Source: an uncultured Candidatus Saccharibacteria bacterium (GTDB lineage Bacteria > Patescibacteriota > Minisyncoccia > CAIUEV01). From it: a DNA stretch of 38,753 nucleotides. The notes under the pieces were generated by a model that saw only the letters and a list, made by a program, of their open reading frames with translations, did not search any database and was not told the DNA's origin. The position numbers and the translations under genes were made by a program. The stretch spans positions 1-38,753 of the forward strand of contig CAZRPR010000003.1 of NCBI GenBank assembly GCA_964602125.1. Direction: 5' to 3'. This document shows, in pieces, positions 24,869-33,958 of this stretch. The first letter of the stretch is position 1; the number at the start of each line of letters is the position of its first letter.

Positions 24869-26731
24869 TTAGAGTTTATTCGGAGCCTCGATGCCTAGCA
24901 ACGTTAGGCCGTCTTTCAGAGTAATGGCCACTGCTTCCACTAAAAGCTTTCGGAAATAGGCCACCTCCGGATCCTTACAGTTGATAACCGAATGCCGATT
25001 ATAAAAGGAATTGAAGAGGCTGGCTAGTTCGAAGAGATAGTTGGCTAATATATTGGGTGAAAGCTCTTTGCCAGCCACTAAAACAGTTTCTGGATAATGG
25101 ACTAGAAATCGAATTAAATTTTTTTCTTCCTCTTTTTGATCAAACTCAGTTAAATCCCTTGCCTTTAAATTTTTTTCTTGACCGGGTTTGATTTTTTTCA
25201 GAACGCTTTGGGTTCTGGCATAAGCATATTGGAGGTATGGGCCACTATTACCGTGAATATCCAAGGCTTCTTGGTAGTCAAAAATAATCTCACCAAAGGG
25301 GTTGGGTCGCAATAAATAATATTTTATAGCACCGACCGCTACCTTTTCTACGTCTTCGGTTTTGGGATGTTTTTTAAGAATTTCCTTCTTCAAAAGCTCA
25401 AGCAAGTCGTCGGCCGTAACCACTAGTCCATCTCGACCGGAAAGAGCGTAGGAACTCTTTCGCTCCTCGATTTTAAGTCCCAGTTTGGAGGCAGTGGCGT
25501 GAGAGAGAGAAACAACACCGTAGCCTAAATGGCGAAAGTTTTTTGCTTCCTGTGAAAAACCGGCCGTTTCGAGGGCGGATTTAACACTTTCTTGAGGGAA
25601 GGCTTGGCGCATATCAATAAAATTCAAAACGAAATCCCCTCGACCAAAGTCTTTTTTGGCTTTCCCCTCCAGGGAAGTTGAAAATAGGGGCTTTTTTTGC
25701 GAAGCGGTTGTCCACTGTTTATACTTAAAATCGTTTTCAAGCAGACCGTATTTCCAGAAGTGGTAAGCAATATCCTTACCGGTATAAGTGATTACGCCGT
25801 TTGATTTAATGATTATCTTTTCTCGGCCGTCTTCATTTAAAATTACCCAGCAACCTTTGTTCTTGCCTTTTTTAGCGAGATAAAAACTCTCTAAAGTTTT
25901 TAATTTCTCCAAAGTCTCCGTCCAGAGGCCAAATTGAAAAATATCACTTTCCCAAATCAAGTTGTCGTATTCAATAGCATAGTTGCTAGCAGTTGTTAAG
26001 TTGGCGTTAACTATTTTTTCAATGGCCAGTCTCGATTTGGCGTTTTTGGGAGCGTTGTAGTCTTCTAGTATCTTAAGTTTCTCCTCTTTTTTCTCCTCCC
26101 ATGAAGATTCCTCCTTTATTTTTTGGACCATGGCGGCGTAGACTCGACCGGCAAAATGGTCGAATTTTTCATCTTTTTCCTGAGAAACTTCCAGTATTTT
26201 CAAGTTTTCTAATCCCAACAGGGTGATGGCCACTTGCAATCCAGTGTTGTCAACGTAATATTCCACCTCAACTGTTTTGCCGATTTTGGTGAGCATTTTC
26301 CTAACCGAATCACCCAGGCAAGCACTTCGAAGATGGCCCACATGGAGCGCTTTGTTCGGGTTGACGTTGGTATGCTCCAAGATTATCTTTTGATTTTTTT
26401 GGGGGTCAAGATCCAGAAAAGCGGTTTTTTGCTGAACCAAATCGAGCATTTTTTGGATTAACGCTTTTTTATGGAGATAGAAATTAATAAAAGCTGGTTT
26501 TTCAATAGAAACTCGGTCAATAAAATCCATCTTAGATAGTCTTGAATTAATATCTTGAGCGATTTCAAAAGGCGGCTTTCTTAATTTACCGGCCAAAATC
26601 ATAGCCAAATTCGTTGAATAATCACCAAATCGCTTCTCCTGCGGTCGAGAAACACTAAACTTAATCGAGTCGGTAATTCCCAACTCGGGTAATATTTTTT
26701 TTAATTCTTTCTTGATGATTTTCTTAAACAT
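24869..26731 (-). CDS. argS: Arginine--tRNA ligase
   Basis: HTNVNPNKALHVGHLRS (HIGH region), class I core, C-terminal DALR-type anticodon-binding region (ANYLFELA..FN.FY). Confidence 0.92.
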   Translation of the reverse strand: MFKKIIKKELKKILPELGITDSIKFSVSRPQEKRFGDYSTNLAMILAGKLRKPPFEIAQDINSRLSKMDFIDRVSIEKPAFINFYLHKKALIQKMLDLVQQKTAFLDLDPQKNQKIILEHTNVNPNKALHVGHLRSACLGDSVRKMLTKIGKTVEVEYYVDNTGLQVAITLLGLENLKILEVSQEKDEKFDHFAGRVYAAMVQKIKEESSWEEKKEEKLKILEDYNAPKNAKSRLAIEKIVNANLTTASNYAIEYDNLIWESDIFQFGLWTETLEKLKTLESFYLAKKGKNKGCWVILNEDGREKIIIKSNGVITYTGKDIAYHFWKYGLLENDFKYKQWTTASQKKPLFSTSLEGKAKKDFGRGDFVLNFIDMRQAFPQESVKSALETAGFSQEAKNFRHLGYGVVSLSHATASKLGLKIEERKSSYALSGRDGLVVTADDLLELLKKEILKKHPKTEDVEKVAVGAIKYYLLRPNPFGEIIFDYQEALDIHGNSGPYLQYAYARTQSVLKKIKPGQEKNLKARDLTEFDQKEEEKNLIRFLVHYPETVLVAGKELSPNILANYLFELASLFNSFYNRHSVINCKDPEVAYFRKLLVEAVAITLKDGLTLLGIEAPNKL

Positions 26732-26753
26732 AGGGGCAAAACTTTAAAAACTA

Positions 26754-26781
26754 TTGACAAAATGTATTACTGTGCTAATTT
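26754..26781 (+). promoter_or_regulatory. Candidate sigma70 promoter TTGACA-16 nt-TAATTT upstream of the secreted-protein gene
   Basis: Consensus -35 hexamer and AT-rich -10 read directly. Confidence 0.45.
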
Positions 26782-26839
26782 CACCTGTTTCCACAAAGAA
26801 ACAAGAATCACGTTTTTTAAGCAAATAATTTCAAAGAAG

Positions 26840-27250
26840 ATGAAAAAAATTACTTTTATTTTAACATCCATCTTGGTTGTCCTTGCTCTGCTTACTCCAG
26901 TATCGCCTGTAAATTTAAATTCCGGTAGTTTTTTGAATTTAGCAGAAGCTAAGAGCTCTAAAGTTGATAAGAAGACGAAGGAGAAAAGAAAGAAAGACAC
27001 TAAGCAAAGATTGAAAAGACTTGATGAATTAGGCATTGAGGATAGCTTTTATGACAAAGACGATTACGGTTCTTCCATGTCTCTTGAGGAGATGGGTAAA
27101 ATCGTCGGCAAATGGATTGTGAGCGAATATACCCGTACCGGTCAATTGCCTTCATTGGGTAAAAATGATTGGTTAGCTCTTAAAGTTAACGGTGAATGTG
27201 TTGGCGGTGAAAAGATTTGTGCTCGTTGGAGTAGTAACTACTACAAATAG
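26840..27250 (+). CDS. Small secreted protein (signal peptide, K-rich region, C-terminal Cys pair)
   Basis: MKKITFILTSILVVLALLTPVSP signal-like N-terminus, starting at the internal ATG of the 26762 ORF. Confidence 0.5.
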   Translation: MKKITFILTSILVVLALLTPVSPVNLNSGSFLNLAEAKSSKVDKKTKEKRKKDTKQRLKRLDELGIEDSFYDKDDYGSSMSLEEMGKIVGKWIVSEYTRTGQLPSLGKNDWLALKVNGECVGGEKICARWSSNYYK

Positions 27251-27278
27251 AGAAACCGAAATTATTAGTCAAAAAAAA

Positions 27279-27309
27279 GACGGGCGTCCGAAAGGATGTC
27301 CGTCTTTTT
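27279..27309. terminator. Bidirectional intrinsic terminator: 11-bp stem with GAAA tetraloop, flanked by A8 and T5
   Basis: gacgggcgtcc-gaaa-ggatgtccgtc (two G-U pairs) between convergent genes. Confidence 0.75.
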
Positions 27310-27330
27310 AATTTAGCACAATCGCCTTTT

Positions 27331-27678
27331 TTAAAATTCAAAAATTGCACTCAAGATTGACATCAAGATTATAAAAACATTTAAAGTGGAGGCGATTACT
27401 AGAATTTTTCTTGTTATTTCATCTTTTCCGTATTTTCTCTCAGAGAATTCCTTGGCATAGACAAAGACTGCCAAAGAAGAAAAAATTAGAATAGAAAAAA
27501 TTGTGATCAAATCGGAAGTCCAGTCTATCCAATAATAGCTTTTAGCTTCCTCTCCTAAAATAAAAACTGGTACAATGAAGCTGACGGAAAAATAGGAAAG
27601 AGCACTCAAGATCCAGGTCAAAAAAACCATATTCAGTGAATCTTTTTTTTCTTTTACAGGTGCTGTTTTTTTACTCAT
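27331..27678 (-). CDS. Small 3-TM membrane protein (paralogue A)
   Basis: Alignable by eye with the upstream 134-aa ORF (VPVF core, KE(F/Y) loop, (A/I)(S/A)T(L/V)N(V/I)F(I/V)(I/L)MS). Confidence 0.5.
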   Translation of the reverse strand: MSKKTAPVKEKKDSLNMVFLTWILSALSYFSVSFIVPVFILGEEAKSYYWIDWTSDLITIFSILIFSSLAVFVYAKEFSERKYGKDEITRKILVIASTLNVFIILMSILSAIFEF

Positions 27679-27714
27679 TTTCTCTATTATTTATTTATTT
27701 TATTTTTAGCAATC

Positions 27715-28119
27715 TTAAGAAAAAGCGATTAGCTCCGGTACGACACAAAGACTCATCAAGACGAAAATATTAATAACTGTAGCAATAATCAAGGACATTC
27801 GGGCTACTCCCATAGGTGTTTTTTGATCGTCAAAGTATTCCTTGTTCAAGGCTAGACTAATTACAAAAGCTAAAATAATTGAAGGTAATGTCATCACAAC
27901 AGAAGGCCAGACAGTTCCTTCGAGTTGGGAATAGTCCAAAACACCTCCGCCGAAGAAAACAGGCACCATCAATAGCAAGACGGGAGAAAGGAGAACGCTA
28001 AGAAACCAGACTAACAGAGGCATTTTTATCTCCTCTGAGCTTTCGCATGAACATGGGCAGGAACATGGTGACACTTTGACGCTTTTTTTAGCTTTTTTAG
28101 AGCTGATTTTTTTACGCAT
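27715..28119 (-). CDS. Small 3-TM membrane protein (paralogue B) with N-terminal Cys-rich tail SPCSCPCSCESS
   Basis: Same topology and conserved blocks as 27331-27678. Confidence 0.5.
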   Translation of the reverse strand: MRKKISSKKAKKSVKVSPCSCPCSCESSEEIKMPLLVWFLSVLLSPVLLLMVPVFFGGGVLDYSQLEGTVWPSVVMTLPSIILAFVISLALNKEYFDDQKTPMGVARMSLIIATVINIFVLMSLCVVPELIAFS

Positions 28120-28280
28120 TTTTTTATTTATTTTTTAAATTTTATTTATTTTTTTATTCAAGAAAATTGAATTTATAAAATAATAATAAAAATATTTTTT
28201 CCAAAAAGCAAATTTTTTAAATTTTTTATAAATTCAATATACAATAATAATAACTTTTTAATTAAATAAAAACAAAAGAA

Positions 28281-29141
28281 ATGTTTAGCAATGTAAAAGA
28301 CATTCTAATTAAGGCCAGAGAGGGTAAATATGCCGTCGGAGCTTTTAACGTTTCCAACATGGAGATTGCTCAAGCCGTTGTAATGGCTGCTGTCGAGAGA
28401 AGGTCGCCGGCCGTTCTACAAATCACTGAAAGTGCCATGAAATACGCTGGAGAGAAAGAGTTAGCCGCCATGACCCGCATTATTATCGATGAGCGATCGG
28501 AAGACGTACCCATTGGCATCAATTTAGATCATGGTAAAACTTTTGATGTGGTTAAAAAGGCCGTTAGTCTCGGTTTTAGCTCCGTTATGATAGATGGTTC
28601 CAGACTTAGTTTTCAGGAAAACGAAAATTTAACCAAGATGGTTGTTGACTACGCCCATCAAAACAATGTACCCGTTCAAGCAGAGCTAGGCATTGTGCCT
28701 TACTTAGGTGAACTCGAGGCTGACCAAATCGATTGGGCAGTTTTAATGACCGATCCCGATAAAGCTAAGGAATTCGTTGATTTTACTGGAGTTGATTTTT
28801 TGGCAGTGGCTATTGGCAATGCTCATGGTTTCTTCAGGGAGGCGGAAGTGTTTGATTGGGAGAGACTAAAAAAAATAAATGATAAATTAAACATACCCTT
28901 GGTTTTACACGGGGCTTCCGATTGCTCGGCGGAAAAGATAACCAAATCAATCGAAAATGGTATTAGCTGTTTTAATGTTGATACGGATATCCGTCTAGCT
29001 TTCATGGACCAACTGACCCGAGTAATAGACTCGAAAATTGCCATTACCGATCCACGAAAAATTATGGAAACCGTTAGATCGGCCATCAAGAAAAAAGTGA
29101 TTGAGAAAATTAATATTTTTGGCAGTAACCAAAAAGCGTAA
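28281..29141 (+). CDS. fba: Class II fructose-1,6-bisphosphate aldolase
   Basis: NLDHGK, MIDGS, AELG, AVAIGNAHG and LVLHGAS motifs. Confidence 0.88.
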   Translation: MFSNVKDILIKAREGKYAVGAFNVSNMEIAQAVVMAAVERRSPAVLQITESAMKYAGEKELAAMTRIIIDERSEDVPIGINLDHGKTFDVVKKAVSLGFSSVMIDGSRLSFQENENLTKMVVDYAHQNNVPVQAELGIVPYLGELEADQIDWAVLMTDPDKAKEFVDFTGVDFLAVAIGNAHGFFREAEVFDWERLKKINDKLNIPLVLHGASDCSAEKITKSIENGISCFNVDTDIRLAFMDQLTRVIDSKIAITDPRKIMETVRSAIKKKVIEKINIFGSNQKA

Positions 29142-29144
29142 AGA

Positions 29145-30089
29145 TTAATTTTCCAAATAAATAAATCTTTCTTTGCCAGACATATCTTTAATTGACTTGA
29201 GTTTAAGTTTATATTTTTTTGTCTTTATATGTTGTTTCACTAAAGGAATTGTGCTGGGTGAAGCTTCGAGAAAAAAAATTATTTTTTTAGTGGGATTTGC
29301 TCCTAGAAAAAAATTTACTGTCTGATCAATGAGTGTATTAATCAACTCGGCTCCATCCTTGCCGCCCAACAAAGCTTTTTTAGGTTCATGTAATCTGACT
29401 TCCGGGCTAAGCAAGGCGTATTCTTTTGCTGAGACGTACGGTAAATTAGCTACTAATATCAAGGTATTGTTTGAGCCAATCAGTTTTAAGTCTTTTTTTA
29501 TAGCTAACAATAAATTGCTTTTTATAAACTTAATTTTGACTTTTGAATTAATATTTTTTCTAAAATTATATTTAGCAAGCAAAAGGGCTTCGCTACTAAT
29601 ATCAATAGCTGAAGCTGAAATTTTTTCTATTGTCTTTTTTGGTATAGTTTTTAAAATACCAGTAATAATACAGCCGGAACCGGTACCGACTTCAATCAAA
29701 TCAATTTTATTTTTTAAAGATTTTATTTTATTGACTGCGAGCCAAACTAATTCCTCCGTTTCTGGTCTGGGAATCAAAGTTGTCTCGTTCAACTTAAATT
29801 CCATGTCTAAAAAATCACCCTTTCCAAGAATATAAGATTGGGGGATGCCTTCGCTTCTTTTTTCTATAAAATCCAAAATCAGCTCTTGGTCGACTCTGCT
29901 TATTTCAGTATTGAAATTTAATAGAATTTCTTTAAGTCCAATTCCCTTCTTAAATTCCAGCCAAGTGACGATTTCACTGAAAATATTTTCTTTAATTTTT
30001 TCTTGACTGAATTTCCTGTATTGGATATCTGATTTTATTTTTTGATATAAATCTTCCTCCACAGATTGTAAAAATTCTTTCCAAAGCAT
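29145..30089 (-). CDS. prmC: Release-factor glutamine N5-methyltransferase (HemK/PrmC family)
   Basis: IPRPETEELV, VGTGSGCI (SAM motif I), and NLPY in place of the canonical NPPY. Confidence 0.78.
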   Translation of the reverse strand: MLWKEFLQSVEEDLYQKIKSDIQYRKFSQEKIKENIFSEIVTWLEFKKGIGLKEILLNFNTEISRVDQELILDFIEKRSEGIPQSYILGKGDFLDMEFKLNETTLIPRPETEELVWLAVNKIKSLKNKIDLIEVGTGSGCIITGILKTIPKKTIEKISASAIDISSEALLLAKYNFRKNINSKVKIKFIKSNLLLAIKKDLKLIGSNNTLILVANLPYVSAKEYALLSPEVRLHEPKKALLGGKDGAELINTLIDQTVNFFLGANPTKKIIFFLEASPSTIPLVKQHIKTKKYKLKLKSIKDMSGKERFIYLEN

Positions 30090-30146
30090 TGTTTAAAGAG
30101 TAAAAATAAGTTAAAAATGACTATCTTTCTTTTAAACGGTAAATAT

Positions 30147-31217
30147 ATGTCTTGCAAAGTTGCCCTATTGTTATCCGGAGGAATTGATTCAACGGTGGCC
30201 GGTTATTTGTTAAAAAAAGAAGGTTTTGATGTCCACGCTTTTTTTCTTCGAATCAAGCCAAGCGATTCTGATTTTCCCAAATGGCGAGAAGCCGAGGGGA
30301 AGGCTTTATTATCAGCCAAAGATTTAGATATTCCCTTCCATAGTATAGACTTTAGAAAAGAATTCAAAAAAGAAGTGGTTGATTTTTTTATGCAAGAAAT
30401 TAAAAATGGACGAACGCCTAACCCTTGTGTCTTTTGCAACCCTCAGATTAAATTCGGGGCTTTTTGGCAGAAAATTAGATCCCTCGGTTTTGATTTTATG
30501 GCCACCGGTCATTACGCTCATATAGAAAAAGAGAGAGATAATCAGAGCTTACTAAAAGGCAGAGACGTTAAGAAAGATCAAAGTTACTTTCTTTATCGAC
30601 TAAGCAAGGATTTATTGCCCGTCATTAAATTTCCACTGGGAGAATTGACTAAAGAAGAGGTAAGAAAAATAGCGACAACAAAGATCGGCCAGCGTTTTAA
30701 AAAAATCGGTGAAAGTCAAGGGGTCTGTTTTCTCCAAGGCATGAAATACGATGAATTTATCAAGCAAAATATCCCTACCAAAGAAGGTAAAGTTTTAAAC
30801 AAAAGCGGTAAAGTGATCGGCTCTCATCCGGGAGTCTGCTTTTTTACGGAAGGTCAGAAGGCCGGTATTCGGGATATCAACTACCATAATAAACCGGTCT
30901 ATATTCTAAGGAAAAATCTAGAAAATAACACCTTAACAGTCTCGACTGATGTAGTTAACGCAAACTTTTCTGTTGATGAAATCAATCTGGAGCAGTTAGT
31001 TTTCTTCGAAAAACCGAAAACAAAAACCTTGTCAGTTTCAGCTAAAATTCGTTACGGAGCGAAAGAGATCGAGGGAAAGCTGAAGTTACTACCTGGAAAA
31101 AAGGGATTATTACAGCTATCCAAAACCATACCGCCCATTGCCTCCGGCCAATCCGTTGTTTTCTACGACGGCAACAAAGTGGTCGGCGGCGGAATCTTTA
31201 GAAATTATAGATTATAA
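30147..31217 (+). CDS. mnmA: tRNA-specific 2-thiouridylase
   Basis: PP-loop LLSGGIDSTV, catalytic TPNPCVFCN. The start is ambiguous (30117 or 30147). Confidence 0.9.
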   Translation: MSCKVALLLSGGIDSTVAGYLLKKEGFDVHAFFLRIKPSDSDFPKWREAEGKALLSAKDLDIPFHSIDFRKEFKKEVVDFFMQEIKNGRTPNPCVFCNPQIKFGAFWQKIRSLGFDFMATGHYAHIEKERDNQSLLKGRDVKKDQSYFLYRLSKDLLPVIKFPLGELTKEEVRKIATTKIGQRFKKIGESQGVCFLQGMKYDEFIKQNIPTKEGKVLNKSGKVIGSHPGVCFFTEGQKAGIRDINYHNKPVYILRKNLENNTLTVSTDVVNANFSVDEINLEQLVFFEKPKTKTLSVSAKIRYGAKEIEGKLKLLPGKKGLLQLSKTIPPIASGQSVVFYDGNKVVGGGIFRNYRL

Positions 31218-31257
31218 ATTATAAATTATAGATTGGGGATTAGGGAGATTGTGGATT

Positions 31258-32748
31258 TTATTTCACCTCAAAAACAAAGTATTCACCGTTATTATAAACT
31301 TCTTTGAACAAATCTTTTCGAGCTAGCAAGTTGCTACGGAAAGTTTGGTGGTCTCGATTGACAAGCACCCATTTTGACTTAAATAAATCCTTAATTCGTT
31401 CCAAGTTTTCCGGATCATCACCGGAAGAAATTTGGGCAAATTGTAAGTATAGATTGGGATCGAATTGGTTCATAAACTCAGGATCCAAGCCGACAAGATA
31501 ATAATTTTTACGATTAAGATAGAAATAGAGAGGGAAAACGTCCCAATCGTCCGTAAAAATAATATCCCCTTCTTTTGAGTGTTTCTTTACATATTCATGC
31601 GCTTTGGCGGCTAAAGTAACTTCGAAATCGGAGGTGGTATCTTCGAAGGCTGTTTGCCATTGAAGTTTAGCGTAAACAAAACCCGATAAAATAAAGATTA
31701 TAATTGTTAAGGCCACAAAAAAAGATTTTCTAAAGTTTTTGGTCCAGCCAGCAAGATCCTTTCCGATGAGCATAAAGCCACTCAACGATGCCCATAGCGG
31801 CCAGTATTCTACGAAGCGTTTTGATTTTAATTGAGCAACTAGTAAAAAAACACTGAAAAGAAAAACAGTTAAATTGATAGGGCTGATTTTTTTTCTTTTG
31901 ATAAAAACTGTCAGAATGCCAAGACCCCAAATCAGAAGAGGGAAAATACACATTGAGAACCAAAACCAAGTGTCGTACGGTCGCCACTCTCCGCCAACAT
32001 ATTCCTTAGCTTGAAGACCGGTTTTCCAAACTTGAACAATTGAAAGCTCTATATTTTGAGGAAAATAAGGGTTGATTATGAGAGATAAAATGGTTCCTAG
32101 GGCCGGATAGAGAGCTAGCTTAAGATCTATTTTTTTATTTAAAATAAAACGCGAGAACGCATAAATAGCAGACAGAGCAATTAGAAAAAGAAAGCCACCA
32201 CCCATATACAACCAACCGTAACAAAAAGAAGCTATCAGGAGTAGTTTATAATGTTTTTGCATTGTAAGGTATAGAATCAACATCAGAAACAATAATGACG
32301 GGGTAGGGTTTCTAATAAAAGCCATGCGGAAATAGAAATCAGATGGCAGGAGAAAAAAAGTTAGTAAGGCTAGAAGGAAAGCCATTTTTCCCGTAAATTT
32401 TTTCAGTATCAAATATGCCAATAGAAAAATTCCGCCAACACAACAAGAAATAAAAATCTTTGGACCAATGACATTACCGAAAACCAAAATAAAGGGAATG
32501 AGCAATAAATGAAATAATAAATGAGACTCAACGTAATTTTCATTTAACAGAGTGAAGTAAAGATAGGGAAATTTGAAGGGTAGACCGTTTTCCCAAATAT
32601 ATTCAGCCATTCCAATATGATAATAGCTATCATAGCCGGAAAAATAAGGATTATTGGGGTTAAATTCAAGAAAGAGAAAAAAAATAAAAGGTATTAAAAA
32701 AATCAAGATAGCTTCTACAATTTTAACGGGATACAATATTTTTTTCAT
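31258..32748 (-). CDS. Polytopic membrane protein, possible GT-C fold glycosyltransferase
   Basis: At least 10 TM segments, a GYDSYYH motif in the first loop, and a soluble C-terminal domain. Weak assignment. Confidence 0.4.
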   Translation of the reverse strand: MKKILYPVKIVEAILIFLIPFIFFLFLEFNPNNPYFSGYDSYYHIGMAEYIWENGLPFKFPYLYFTLLNENYVESHLLFHLLLIPFILVFGNVIGPKIFISCCVGGIFLLAYLILKKFTGKMAFLLALLTFFLLPSDFYFRMAFIRNPTPSLLFLMLILYLTMQKHYKLLLIASFCYGWLYMGGGFLFLIALSAIYAFSRFILNKKIDLKLALYPALGTILSLIINPYFPQNIELSIVQVWKTGLQAKEYVGGEWRPYDTWFWFSMCIFPLLIWGLGILTVFIKRKKISPINLTVFLFSVFLLVAQLKSKRFVEYWPLWASLSGFMLIGKDLAGWTKNFRKSFFVALTIIIFILSGFVYAKLQWQTAFEDTTSDFEVTLAAKAHEYVKKHSKEGDIIFTDDWDVFPLYFYLNRKNYYLVGLDPEFMNQFDPNLYLQFAQISSGDDPENLERIKDLFKSKWVLVNRDHQTFRSNLLARKDLFKEVYNNGEYFVFEVK

Positions 32749-32769
32749 TTTTGATAATTATTTAAAGTT

Positions 32770-33942
32770 TTAGCCGATCCAGTACCAATTATAAACGTTT
32801 AGGGAAAAAATGCTCAGCAGCAGGATAAAAATCAAACTTATAATCCAACCAATTAAAGGTTTTTTCCTACTTAAAATTCCAAGCAGTATAAAATGGGGAA
32901 AAGAAATAGACAAATAACGAGTTAGGGACATGGTCTGACCAGTAAGCTGAGGTAAAATAATTACTAAAAGAGCATAGGCAAAATAAGAAAAACGAATTTT
33001 TGATTGAAAAAGAATAATAGAAAATAAAAAAATAAAACCAAAAACAAAATCTATTTTAGAAGTATGAAAGCCATGGAGCGGTAACTGACTAAAATTAGCT
33101 ATTCTGTCCGCCCAAAGTTCAAAAAGATTTATCGGATTAATGCTGTTTCGTCCCCACCATTCCAGAGCACTAAAATAGGCAAAGAAATCACCCGTTGAAA
33201 AATAAAGATAAAGGAAATAGCTTACGGTTCCGAGAGGCACCATAAGGGGAGTTAACCATGCCATCGGATTATCCTTAAAGAAGCCTTTCCAGTTACGAAA
33301 ACCATATTCCTTAAAAAACAAAAAATATTCAATAAAAAAGGGAGCGAAAAGCAATATTCCATTAGGTCGCGTCAATGCCCCTAAAAATCCGACCAGTCCG
33401 GCCCACCACCACTTTCTTTTTCGTAACAGGTAAAAAGTGGTTACGGAAAGCAGGAAAAATATACTTTCCGTATAAACCGCTAAAAAGAAAAAAGCAGTGG
33501 GATAGATTAAGAAAAACTTAACTGACTCCACGGCCGTTTTTCTGTCCCAATCAAGTTTAACTAGCCGATAGAAAACCAAAACTCCCGCCAAATGAGCGAA
33601 AAAGCTAACAATGAGACCGGCCAAAGTGTAATTTCCCCCCGTGTAAATAGAGAAAATTTTAATCAAAGAAGGATAGAGTGGAAAAAATGCTCTAACTTTC
33701 TCATCTAGATAGGCCATATCTACGTAACCGAAATAAGCTAAATTCAAATAATGAGGACTGTCGTAGGGCGAGAGGCCCATCTCCCAACCCTTCTGACTCT
33801 GACCCAAGAAATGATCACTATTATGCTCATAATCCCAAGTGCTAAAGGGCAAGAAATCGTGACAGAGCAAAATGAACAACAATAAAGTTATTTTGAAGGC
33901 AAAAAACAAACTAAGGACAGATCCGCTTTTCTCTCTTTTCAT
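32770..33942 (-). CDS. Polytopic membrane protein, PIG-V-like/GT-C mannosyltransferase family
   Basis: AFFPLYPSLIKIF resembles the FFPLYPLLIR signature of bacterial PIG-V-like mannosyltransferases. Confidence 0.5.
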   Translation of the reverse strand: MKREKSGSVLSLFFAFKITLLLFILLCHDFLPFSTWDYEHNSDHFLGQSQKGWEMGLSPYDSPHYLNLAYFGYVDMAYLDEKVRAFFPLYPSLIKIFSIYTGGNYTLAGLIVSFFAHLAGVLVFYRLVKLDWDRKTAVESVKFFLIYPTAFFFLAVYTESIFFLLSVTTFYLLRKRKWWWAGLVGFLGALTRPNGILLFAPFFIEYFLFFKEYGFRNWKGFFKDNPMAWLTPLMVPLGTVSYFLYLYFSTGDFFAYFSALEWWGRNSINPINLFELWADRIANFSQLPLHGFHTSKIDFVFGFIFLFSIILFQSKIRFSYFAYALLVIILPQLTGQTMSLTRYLSISFPHFILLGILSRKKPLIGWIISLIFILLLSIFSLNVYNWYWIG

Positions 33943-33958
33943 GGCTTGTGAATTAAAT

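Noticed and set aside
29329-29835. 168-aa plus-strand ORF antisense to prmC
   Set aside because: It lies entirely inside the motif-supported prmC gene. The translation is low-complexity and S/L/F/I/K-rich, typical of an AT-rich antisense frame.
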